A stretch of DNA of 64,000 nucleotides from Hypanus sabinus (taxonomy: Eukaryota): assembly GCF_030144855.1 (NCBI RefSeq), contig NC_082731.1:11222001-11286000 (forward strand). The letters are read 5' to 3'. Positions within the stretch are counted from its first letter, which is position 1. Each line of letters begins with the position of its first letter. Shown here one piece after another: positions 23,935 through 33,841 of the stretch. The notes beneath the pieces are model-generated. The model did not search any database. It worked only from the letters and a program-made list of their open reading frames with translations, and was not told the DNA's origin. The position numbers and the translations under genes were made by a program.

Positions 23935-25040
23935 GAAGCAAGAGGCTCAGAGTCGAAGACTGAAGCATCGCGGAGAGAATGTCGTTTTTTTTTAACTGAT
24001 CAGCGAAAAGAGGCTGACTGCGCAGGCGCATGACGCAGGGCGTCGAGGTTTAAAAGGGAGAGAAAAACTTTCAACATTCTTTTCAATGGAAGCAAGAGGC
24101 TTAGGGTGGAAGAGTGAAGCATCGCGGAGGGAAGATCATTTTTTCTTTTCTTTAACTGACCGGGGAAAAGAGGCGAGACTGTGCAGGCGCGTGATGTAGC
24201 GCGCCGGGGTTTAAAAGAAAGACCGCCATATACAGAGGCCATCTTTGTACCGGACATCTTCGGAGTGGACCGGCTTTGGCTCAATCAGGCTTCAGCGAGA
24301 AACAGGCAGGGGCTAGAGCAGGTTCAGGTAAGTTTCTGTTTTTCTTCTTTTTTGTTTTGTTCAGACTAGAGAATATGACAAGCAGGATGTTGGAATGCTC
24401 CTCTTGCAGGATGTGGGAGGTCTCCCTGACAACGATACCTGCAAGAAGTGCATCCAACTGCAGCACCTAACAGACCGTTTTAGGGAACTGGAGAAGCTAG
24501 ATGACCTCCGGATCATTCGGGAGACTGAGCAGTTTATAGATAGTAGCTTCCGGGAGGTAGTTACACCTAAGGAATAGGCCACAGGTAATTGGGTTACCGT
24601 TCAGTCGACGGGAAGGGGAATGAAGAGGTAGTGCAGGGTTCCCCTGTGGCCAATCCCCTCCATAACAGGTATACAGATTTGGATACTGTTGGGGAGGGTG
24701 GTTGGATGTCTTACCTGAGATAAGCTGCAGCAGCCGGATCTCTGGCACTGAGTCTGGTTCTGCAGTACCGAAGGGAAGGAGAAAGAGGAGAGCGGTAGTG
24801 ATAGGGGACTCCACAGGAGAATCTGTTGTCGAGACACCCTGATGGTTTGTTGCCTCCCGGGTCCCAGGGTCAGGGATGTCTCTGATCGCGTGCACAACAT
24901 TCTGAAGTGGGAGCGTAATCAGCCAGATGTTGTGGTACACATCTGTACCAATGACATAGTAGAAAGAGACAGGAGGTCTTGAAGAGTGAGTACAGAGAGT
25001 CTTTTGGGAAGTTGAAACACAGGACATCAAGGGTAGTAAT
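23935..25040 (+). mobile_element. CR1 LINE 5' UTR and ORF1 (Zn-finger plus SGNH esterase-like), 3'-truncated
   Basis: ORF1 begins near 24376: MLECSSCRMWEV...CKKCIQLQHLTDRFRELE..LDDLRIIRE, then RAVVIGDS and PDVVVHICTND (GDSL/SGNH motifs). It is preceded by two ~154-bp degenerate CpG-rich units. Confidence 0.9.
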
Positions 25041-25194
25041 CTCCGGAAGGTGTCCTGAATGCTAGGGAGGGAGGCTAGTGCCCATTATGGAAATGGCAGA
25101 GTTTTCAGCTTAAGGCAGCTTTTTCCGACCCTGTGAAGTGGCTCCTCCGTACCAGATGGTGATGAAACCAGTTAGAATGGGCTCCACATTACAT

Positions 25195-25704
25195 TTTTCA
25201 TTTTTAGAATCTTTTTCTAGGTACATAATCTTCTACAGCTATAAAACGATACAAGACTTCAACAAATTAATATATCTACAATTAATAAAGCTGAGGAAAA
25301 TAAAAGCTGATCGTAATATATGAAAATGAAAAAAATATATATAAGGAAAAGGATAAAAAGGAACCCAATCTAACTCAAAAAAAACCCCACTGACTACAAA
25401 AAAAGGGGGAAAACTCATTCGGAATCAACCCCCGGAGCAATACGTCTTACCATCCTCTATATATATATATAGAAAAAGAATCATGAACCACCAATTCATA
25501 TTTATATAGAATAAGATTGGAAGGAAACCATATAAAATAATTCAAATGAAATGATAATATTTGGCAAAAGCGCCCCATCTTCTCTCAAAATTAAATCGGG
25601 GAACGAAAGTTTTACTACTAATTTTTTTTTCCAAACTGAGACATAACATTACTTGAGAAAGCCATTCAATTAATGTAGGGACAGAGGTATCTTTTCATTT
25701 TAAT
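25195..25704 (-). mobile_element. L1-clade LINE, 3' end segment
   Basis: Reads continuously with 30622-30779 across the Gypsy insertion (VLARRAILLK*KDTSVPTL). The T-rich end near 25195 fits an A-rich tail on the minus strand. Confidence 0.75.
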
Positions 25705-26507
25705 TGTTATAATCCCAGCCCCCTCCTTTGTGAGAATTGCAAGAGCATCCGTCGAGAGGGGGGGTGGGTCAGTAGACCCAGTCGGAGAGAGAGAGAGACG
25801 TGCCAAATTGCAGGTCCCACCAGGGATACAGAATAAAGACAAAAGCGACTATTGTCTCATGGAGACCACGTGAAAAGCCCTTGGGCAAGGTGGGCTGGTT
25901 GAGAGAGAGATTGCATCATCACAACCTGATTGATACCTGCGACCCCGTGAGGAAGTATAAAGGAGAGTCTCAGGGGGACAGCCCCCTCAGACGCACCAAG
26001 AAGACACGAAAGTGTTCCCGCAGCAGCGGGAAGCCATTCTGAAGGAAGCCACGTGCGTTAGATTCCGGGATTGGAATCTGTGGCTGGAATCACAGAAAAC
26101 CGCTTTTAACTAACATCGGGGAGAGGAAGCCAACGCTCCCCCGATTTCACGGAAGATTCATCGAGACTCGGCAAGTTCTTTCTCTTCTCCCCCAATCTCT
26201 CTCTCTCGGTCGCCCCACGGAAAACCCAGCGATTTTCAAAGGGCTGAGGCCTGCAGACTTTGAGTGACTTTTATATTTCCAACGGACAATCTATTAACCC
26301 CTAGACACCAGCAGAGCTCACTTCTTAATGATGATTATTACTATACCCGCGCTTTAGATTGAGTGTTGACGATGTGCACTACCTGAATGTTTGTATTCAC
26401 CCTACTTTTGTGTCCCTTTATCAATAAAAACTTCGACAATAGTGACATCCGAGCAACGGACCTCTCTATCTTTGCTGGTAAGTTCTCCAGTTACGGGATT
26501 CGTAACA
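25705..26507 (+). repeat. 5' LTR of Gypsy element (803 bp)
   Basis: Direct repeat of 29803-30617, roughly 95% identical by eye. Contains TATAAA (aagtataaagg) and AATAAA. Confidence 0.95.
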
Positions 26508-26509
26508 GT

Positions 26510-26533
26510 TGGGGATCTCGTCTTGGGATTTGA
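26510..26533 (+). promoter_or_regulatory. Primer-binding site, tRNA-Pro-like (degenerate)
   Basis: tggggatctcgtcttgggatttga, 2 nt after the LTR, resembles TGGGGGCTCGTCCGGGATTTGA (complement of the tRNA-Pro 3' end). Confidence 0.7.
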
Positions 26534-26620
26534 CACCAAATTGGGAGGCCAGTGAATCGGGCTTCTAAATCAAAAACTTGAATCTGGTTACGCGGGTAGC
26601 CAGATGGGAAACCAGCAAAG

Positions 26621-28052
26621 ATGGACGTGGGTGAATTTATGGAAAACCCGACGGTGGGGGCGATAGAGGCGGCCACAAAATCAGACTTGTTAAACTTAGC
26701 GAAGGGATTGAACCTCACAGAAGTGAGGTCGTCCATGAAAAAGCGGGAGGTACGAAGGGCCGTAACTCAGTATTACATTGGGAAGAAGGTGTTTGAAGCT
26801 GAAGTATTTGGAGATATCCCTGAAGAGGTACCATCAACTGGGACGGTTCTGTTAGACGTGGAGAAATTGAAGTTGGAACGTGAAATTAAGTTAAAAGAGC
26901 TGGAAGCGGCTGAGAGAGAGAGAGGGAAAGGCAGCATGAAATTCACCTAAAGAAGCTAGAAGCAGAATAGAAACAGAGGCAACATGACTGGGAAATTCAG
27001 AAGATGAGAAACGAGCGAAGAGATCAAGGATTAGACCAAGCAGAGCGGCTTAATGTTAGTAGGGAGTTGAGATTGGTGCCCCCGTTCGAGGAGGCAGATG
27101 TCGATAGTTATTTCTTGCTTTTTGAAAAGGTGGCAGTAAGTCAGAAATGGCCAAAAGAGCAGTGGGTGGCGTTGTTACAAAGTGTGTTAAAGGGGAAGGC
27201 CCAACAAGCATATGCGGCCTTGTCCCTGGAGGAGGGAGGAGTGGAGAATTATGATGAGGTAAAAAAGGTCATTCTCCGGACTTATGAATTGGTACCTGAG
27301 GCCTATAGACAAAAGTTTAGAAATTTAAGGAAAGGGTGGAATCAAACGTATACCGAGCTAGCCCATGAGAAGGGGGTGCTCTTGGACCGTTGGTGCACCG
27401 CGGAAAGAGTGGGCGAGGATTATGGGCGTCTCAGGGAGTTGTTTTTGATTGAGGAATTTAAAAGTTGTGTTCCGGAGGAGATCCGGGTGCATTTGAATGA
27501 GAAGCCAGATAAGTCCATTTCAGAATTTGCCAGGTTGGCGGACGAATATGCCTAACCCACAAGACAAGGACTCCCTCGAATAAAAGTCCCCAGAGAGACT
27601 GTGGGAACGTTCGAGAAAGTCCGACGAGTGAGGCAGAGGTCCCACCGGGAGCTAGCGGTAAGGTTGAGGGGGAAAGGCAAAACGGCCAGAGGGCTCCGGG
27701 TTTGACCTGTTTTAATTGTGGAAAGGAAGGGCACATTGCATCTCGATGCTTTACTCCGAGGAAGGAGGTAGGAAGAGGGAAAGCCGCAGTCCCTATCAGG
27801 TGTGCCGTGGTAAGCAGCAAATCGACCAGAGAGCCGAGAGTAGACAGAGTACGAGAAGGCTCTGGGAGTTGTCTGTCACACGGAACCGTGTCTGTGACGG
27901 AGGGAGACACACCAGTTCCCGTACGAATCTGGAGGGATACGGGCTCTGAATTATCCCTGGTTAGCCGTAAGGTACCAGAATTTGGTCGGGAAACGGGCAT
28001 GGTAAAGGTGGAAGGAATATATAAACGGATAGAAATGGTGCCCTTAATATAA
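26621..28052 (+). pseudogene. gag: gag-protease of the Gypsy element, frameshifted (ORFs 26621-26950, 27004-27555, 27702-28052)
   Basis: RLVPPFEEADVDSYFLLFEKVA...WP...LLQSVLKGKAQQAY...YELVPEAYRQKFR...RLRELFLIEEF (SCAN-like), CFNCGKEGHIASRC (CCHC) and IWRDTGSELSLV (DTG aspartic protease). Confidence 0.9.
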
Positions 28053-28074
28053 GGTCATTCTGGATTGTGAGCTG

Positions 28075-29418
28075 GTGTATGGATCAGTTGAAGTGGGGGT
28101 GCCCTCAGAATTCCCGAGAGCTGACGTGGATATCCTGCTGGGGAACGACTTAGCAGGGGGTAAGGTTTGGTCAGCCATGCTGCCGACCTGGCGACCGGCG
28201 AGTACGGTGGCCCCGTCCCTAGCGCCTAAGGACCATCTCGCCGGCGCGGTCACTTGCAGCCTGTCGAGAGAGAGAGAGAGAGCTGTGAACGAGAGCAGAT
28301 TAAATCTGGCCAGTTTTGATTTGGCCGAGACGTCTTTGCCGACCCTGTGCCATGAGGGTTTCCAGGGTGGTAAAACGAAGAGTAGTAAAGTGAAAGGGGG
28401 TAAGGGAGAGGAGATAGATCTGCCTTTAGCGAAGAGAAAGGTCCTAAAGGTAGGAGATAAAGATGAGAAACAGATAAAGCTGTTGAAAGGTCCAGAGTTG
28501 GACATGGATGATCTGTCTGGTTTGGCAGAATTGTTTGAAGAACTTGAGAGTTCTAAAGGTGTTCCCGACAATGAGAGGGGGGCAGTCCTAGATGGAAAGG
28601 ATACCCTTGCCTCGAAGGGGTCTGCTGAAAGGGCCGAGGAGGTTGTTTCAGCTCGCAGGGTTGCGCCTTCCCCGGGTGGGAGCTGCCTAGAGAGTAACTG
28701 GGAGGATCAGGGGAAGTTAGAATTTGAAAAAGGTACGGGTGTTGAAAGCCTGGAAGAGGCCAATGTCCCGTTTGAGTGTGTCCGAGATGGCGATGCCTGA
28801 GGTGCTGAACCTGGTAACGGAGCTCAGAAGAAGTCTGAGATATCTGATCCAGTGGAACGGGGCGGCCGTCCTTGTGGGTCAGATGGACTCGGTTCAGTGG
28901 GAAAAGGGTTAACATTGGTAACCGGGGAAAGTGTGAGTTCCCCGGCGTCTGTACTCGAAGGAGTGTTCAAAGTTAATGCAGAATTTAAGAATGGGGGGGG
29001 GGGGGTGAGGATTCTTGGCGAAGGAAACGAAAAGTCTGTAGTTTCCAAATCGAAGGAAGAAGTCTTAAACCTGGCAGATCGCTCACAGAGTGAGCCAGGG
29101 AATAGCCAGGGAATCTACTCTATTGTTATGCCAGGATGGGGTGTGAAGAGGCCGCCTTCGACAGGCTACTTGAGCGAAGAGTTCGAATCAAACACCAATA
29201 GCCTGAAGGGGACTGATAAAAGTGTCAGCCACCTGGGTAAAATCGAAGAATTGGGTGAAAAGGGTCTAAGTTTGGGGCATGGTGTTGCAAAAATAACCCC
29301 GATGAGCGGGGCGGGCGGGAGTTCCCCACGCCAAACTACTCAAGTTCCCCACGGGGGGCGGGGGGGCTCGCTGGAAAAGAGGGGACGGTTAATGGGGATG
29401 CCATTGTTAGACAGCTAA
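28075..29418 (+). pseudogene. Protease C-terminus followed by a ~380-codon extension of unknown function; one in-frame TGA at 28798-28800
   Basis: DILLGNDLAGGKV and AVTCSLSR...DLAETSLPTL are typical post-protease motifs. ORFs 28075-28800 and 28852-29418 are in the same frame (offset 777) with only that one stop between them. Confidence 0.6.
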
Positions 29419-29791
29419 GCAGGTTGAACAGGCTTGTGCCAAACCTGTGAATAATAAAGACAGCCCTTTGTAGACCTGCCGGTTAAGTTAAACGACTGAA
29501 ACGATTAGTATTCGCGTAAACTTTTGTAAATGCACCTAAGCTAAGGTCACACCTCCTTAGTTTTGTTGCTTAGAAAAAAATAAATAGGTGGTTATTGAAT
29601 TGAAGTCTGATGTACAGTTCGCAATGTTAAGATATTAAAGAAAGGGACACTGTAATCGTTAAATATATAGATACTGAGTTGAATGTATAACGGTAGTATT
29701 TTGTGAAAAGAAAAACTTTTGTACTGTGCTAGATTCAAAACTCCTGTAAGACTGGACCACTCCGTTTTAACCGCTGGTAAAAACGTTTTTT

Positions 29792-29802
29792 AAGAGGGGA
29801 AG
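29792..29802 (+). promoter_or_regulatory. Polypurine tract of the Gypsy element
   Basis: AAGAGGGGAAG immediately before the 3' LTR, preceded by a T-run. Confidence 0.85.
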
Positions 29803-30617
29803 TGTTATTATCCCAGCCCCCTCCTTTGGGAGAATCGCAAGAGCACCCGTCGAAAGGGGGGGGAGGGGGGGTCAGTAGAACCAGTCGGAGAGAGAGAGAA
29901 AGACGTGCCAAATTGCAGGTCCCACCAGGGATACAGAATAAAGACAACAACGACTATTGTCTCATGGAGACCACGTGAAAAGCCCTTGGGCAAGGTGGGC
30001 TGGTTGAGAGAGAGAGATTGCATCATCACAACCTGATTGACACCTGCGACCCCGTGAGGAAGTATAAAGGAGAGACTCAGGGGGACAGCCCCCTCAGACG
30101 CACCAAGAAGACACGAGAGTGCTCCCGCAATAGCGGGAAGACATTCTGAAGGAAGCCACGTGCGTTAGATTCCGGGATTGGAATCTGTGGCTGGAATCAC
30201 AGAAAAGCTCTTTTAAGTAACATCGGGGAGAGGAAACCAACGCTCCCCCGATTTCATGGAAGATTCATCGAGACTCGGCAAGTTCTTTCCCTTCTCACCC
30301 AATCTCTCTCTCTCGGTCGCCCCACGGAAAACCCAGCGATTTTCAAAGGGCTGAGGCCTGCAGACTTGGAGTGACTTTTATATTTCCAATGGACAATCTA
30401 TCAACCCCTAGACACCAGAAGAGCTCACTTCTTAATGATGATAATTACTATACCCGCGCTTTAGATTGAGTGTTGACGATATGCACTATCTGAATGTTTG
30501 TATTAACCCTACTTTTGTGTCCCTTTATCAATAAAAACGTTTGAAAATAGTGACATCAGACTTCAACGGACCTCGCTATCTTTGCTGGTAAGTTCTCCAG
30601 TTACGGGATTCGTAACA
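29803..30617 (+). repeat. 3' LTR of Gypsy element (815 bp)
   Basis: Direct repeat of 25705-26507, ending TAACA and followed by TSD TAAT. Confidence 0.95.
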
Positions 30618-30621
30618 TAAT

Positions 30622-30779
30622 AAAATAGCCCTTCTTGCCAATACTGTAACAAATTCAATTATATGTTGATCTGAAGATGAAATATCCTGAATATGATGTG
30701 GAACTATTAAAAAAATAATCAAACTATCAAATTAATTTTCGGAGCTTTAGAAATTGTTGAAAATAAAGATTTCCAAAAC
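30622..30779 (-). mobile_element. L1 ORF2 C-terminal segment stranded between two LTR insertions
   Basis: Joins to 33842 onward as FWSCSSLNLFWKSLFSTISKAP and to 25700 as LARRAILLK. Confidence 0.85.
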
Positions 30780-30784
30780 AGGTT

Positions 30785-31457
30785 TGTGCTGTCTTTACGA
30801 CAGTTATTTAGTTTATAATATTTTCGCTTAGTAATTCATTCAATAGTATTTTCTAGTTAGAATTAGAAGTGTTTAAAGTATATTCATTGCATGTAAAATA
30901 TATCGGCATGCGATGACGTCACATCCGGTTTCGCCGCGTCTTGTGGGAAAACACCGGTTTGAAATTAGCGCGAGGGTGGGGGCTTTCCACGAGGCTCACC
31001 TGAGCACAAGCAGTTTTGCAGGCATGAGAAATCACAGTGAGAGCAACGCTGTAAGTTAATAGATAATCGATATATTGAACTAAGATGTTAATGCTGATCC
31101 TGTTAGAGGTAACGTCGGTAGATAATGTTTATGCTTTCGTTAGTTAAAGAGTCGCGGATAGTTTGCATGGAAGTGTATTTAAAGTAGTCAATGGAGCAGG
31201 TAAACTCTCCCTGTATACTGCACCTTAGTGTAATGTAGTTATAGTCACCTTTGCAAGTATTTACACTTGAAATGTGATATTAAGGAAGGAACAAATACTG
31301 TATCAATCTTGTATTGTTTTATCAACAGTTTTCACCATATGTTAATGTGAAGAGTGAACAGTAAATGGTTAATCTTACTGCGATCTGGTTCTTATTAACT
31401 GTGGTTTATCCGGACGTTAAATTCGGCGTTTCGTTACACCCGAAGGAGAACGTGACA
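30785..31457 (+). repeat. 5' LTR of BEL element
   Basis: Direct repeat of 33164-33836. Confidence 0.95.
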
Positions 31458-31495
31458 GTGAAAAAGCGGCATTATCAGGTGTTTCAAGTGCTGCA

Positions 31496-33106
31496 ATGTC
31501 AGCTCAATCCAGCATCAAGTCGACGCCGCCCAGCGACAAGGGCAGTAAACCGACATCAAGTAAGCCCACCCAGGCGTTATCAGGTGTTCCAAGTGCTGCA
31601 ATGTCAGCTCGATCCGGGATCAAGTCGATGGCGCCCAGCGACAAGGGCAGTAGAACGACATCAAGTAAGTCCGCACAGGCAAGAGCCAAGGCAGAAGCCG
31701 CCAAGGTGCGACTGCATTACGCCAAACAAGAGGCAGTTTTGAAAATGAAACTGGCCACCAAAGAAGCCGAAAGGGCCGCCAGACAAAGAGAAGAGGCTGC
31801 CAGACAAAGAGAAGAGGCCGCCAGAGAAGCCGAAACCCAGTTGGAAATGGCAAAAATATCGACAGAGTTGCATGTGCTGCAGCTAGAAGGAGAAGGAGAA
31901 GCTGCCAGGGTGGAAGCAAAGTACATAGAACAAGCTGAAGGGTCGCGTGATCTGACCGAAGTAAGATCTACTTTAGAAAGGACCAGACTGGAACGCACAA
32001 GCGACTATGTACAATATCAAATAGACAGGCAGGCTCGTCTCCCCTCTCCATACGTATTCGATAACTTCCCCAGCTACGAGGAACCTCAGAGAGTCACGAT
32101 TGCATCACATCCATACGAGGAAGGAAATTTACCCTCACGGCTCCGTGATGAAGTCAAGAATGAAAGAACCGACAACGCTCCTTCACCCCCACAACAGGAC
32201 GGCGGGGAGGGAGAGGTTCACTCCAGGACAACAATTGTCAGCTCGAACTGTACAGAAGTTTGCGGTCAAACTCAGTCAAGCCGTTCTTGTTCCGAGATCT
32301 GCCTCACTGAGGTGTACCCTAAAGAAGCACAACAAGACATTACCAAGCGTAAAGTAACCGACGAGACGCTAGGTCAGTCAGTTTTCGTTCAAACCGAGCA
32401 CGGAAACAAACTTGCACAATCAGCTCAAGATACCATTTCTTTAAAACCCAAAGACACCAAGGTCTTCAGAGATGAAGCAAATAATGGGGTTGCCCCATTG
32501 CCTATCAGAGAACCATGCCAGCGCTCACCAGATAACAAAGAGCAGGCAGTCAAACGGTTCACGTCCTTACGGAAAACCTGGAAAAGGAAACCTGAGATAC
32601 AGCAACGCACCCGATTGGCCCACGAGGTACTGTGCACCCTAATGGCAGAGGTCACAGCCATTATAAACGCACAATCATTCCTACCTGTGTCTTCTGACCC
32701 AGAAAACCCCTTTATACTTTCGCCATCAACGCTCCTTACGCAGAAGGCAGGAGCACCTCCTCCACCAGGAGACTTCTCAGACAAGGATTTGTACACAAAG
32801 CAATGGAGACAAGTCCAGGCTCTGGCAAATCAGTTCTGGCCTCGCTGGAGACAAAAATATCTACCTTTGTTGCAACAGAGACAAAAGTGGACAGAACCCC
32901 GAAGGAATCTTCAAGTTGAAGACTTAGTCCTGCTCAGGGACAAGCAAGTCGCTCGCAACAGCTGGCCAACGGCCAGAATCACTGCTACATTCCCTAGCGG
33001 GGATGGACATGTCAGGAAGATCGAATTGAAGACTACCGACCAAGGCGATGTGAAAATTTACCAAGGGCCGGTTACAGAAGTTATTCTACTTCTACCCAAT
33101 GACTGA
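31496..33106 (+). CDS. 536-aa intact mosaic ORF: BEL gag N-terminal coiled coil, pre-RT linker pieces and integrase C-terminal region
   Basis: ARAKAEAAKVRLHYAKQEA (gag), CTEVCGQTQSSRSCSEICL, VAPLPIREPCQRSPDNKEQAVKRFTSLRK, then directly HEVLCTLMAEVTAIINA...LSPSTLLTQK...WRQVQALANQFWPRWRQKYL...QKW...NLQVEDLVLL...W...RI...DGHVRK...PVTEVILL. Confidence 0.8.
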   Translation: MSAQSSIKSTPPSDKGSKPTSSKPTQALSGVPSAAMSARSGIKSMAPSDKGSRTTSSKSAQARAKAEAAKVRLHYAKQEAVLKMKLATKEAERAARQREEAARQREEAAREAETQLEMAKISTELHVLQLEGEGEAARVEAKYIEQAEGSRDLTEVRSTLERTRLERTSDYVQYQIDRQARLPSPYVFDNFPSYEEPQRVTIASHPYEEGNLPSRLRDEVKNERTDNAPSPPQQDGGEGEVHSRTTIVSSNCTEVCGQTQSSRSCSEICLTEVYPKEAQQDITKRKVTDETLGQSVFVQTEHGNKLAQSAQDTISLKPKDTKVFRDEANNGVAPLPIREPCQRSPDNKEQAVKRFTSLRKTWKRKPEIQQRTRLAHEVLCTLMAEVTAIINAQSFLPVSSDPENPFILSPSTLLTQKAGAPPPPGDFSDKDLYTKQWRQVQALANQFWPRWRQKYLPLLQQRQKWTEPRRNLQVEDLVLLRDKQVARNSWPTARITATFPSGDGHVRKIELKTTDQGDVKIYQGPVTEVILLLPND

Positions 33107-33153
33107 TTAAGAGACTAAGTTTGTACTCTGCTCATTGTGACCTTACGAAGGTC

Positions 33154-33163
33154 AAGCGGGGAG
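33154..33163 (+). promoter_or_regulatory. Polypurine tract of the BEL element
   Basis: AAGCGGGGAG directly upstream of the 3' LTR. Confidence 0.7.
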
Positions 33164-33836
33164 TGTGCTGTCTTTACGACAGTTATTTAGTTTATAATAT
33201 TTTCGCTTAGTAATTCATTCAATAGTATTTTCTAGTTAGAATTAGAAGTGTTTAAAGTATATTCATTGCATGTAAAATATATCGGCATGCGATGACGTCA
33301 CATCCGGTTTCGCCGCGTCTTGTGGGAAAACACCGGTTTGAAATTAGCGCGAGGGTGGGGGCTTTCCACGAGGCTCACCTGAGCACAAGCAGTTTTGCAG
33401 GCATGAGAAATCACAGTGAGAGCAACGCTGTAAGTTAATAGATAATCGATATATTGAACTAAGATGTTAATGCTGATCCTGTTAGAGGTAACGTCGGTAG
33501 ATAATGTTTATGCTTTCGTTAGTTAAAGAGTCGCGGATAGTTTGCATGGAAGTGTATTTAAAGTAGTCAATGGAGCAGGTAAACTCTCCCTGTATACTGC
33601 ACCTTAGTGTAATGTAGTTATAGTCACCTTTGCAAGTATTTACACTTGAAATGTGATATTAAGGAAGGAACAAATACTGTATCAATCTTGTATTGTTTTA
33701 TCAACAGTTTTCACCATATGTTAATGTGAAGAGTGAACAGTAAATGGTTAATCTTACTGCGATCTGGTTCTTATTAACTGTGGTTTATCCGGACGTTAAA
33801 TTCGGCGTTTCGTTACACCCGAAGGAGAACGTGACA
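33164..33836 (+). repeat. 3' LTR of BEL element
   Basis: Direct repeat of 30785-31457, followed by TSD AGGTT. Confidence 0.95.
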
Positions 33837-33841
33837 AGGTT

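Larger units (their letters stand above)
25705..30617 (+). mobile_element. Gypsy/Metaviridae LTR retrotransposon (Gmr1-like gag with SCAN-like region), non-autonomous
   Basis: Two LTRs TGTTA...TAACA, TSD TAAT (25701-25704 and 30618-30621), PBS, PPT, gag, Zn knuckle and protease motif. No RT (YxDD) or IN motifs recognised. Confidence 0.95.
30785..33836 (+). mobile_element. BEL/Pao LTR retrotransposon, internally deleted, very recent insertion
   Basis: 673-bp LTRs TGT...ACA with no difference seen by eye. 5-bp TSD AGGTT (30780-30784 and 33837-33841). The internal ORF ends with the BEL integrase C-terminus. Confidence 0.95.

Noticed and set aside
23935-24220. CRISPR-like or satellite array
   Set aside because: There are only two degenerate ~154-bp units, directly upstream of CR1 ORF1, in vertebrate DNA. 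There are no spacers or cas genes.
26510-26533. tRNA gene
   Set aside because: It is only a short complement of a tRNA-Pro 3' end (PBS) with no cloverleaf or A/B boxes.
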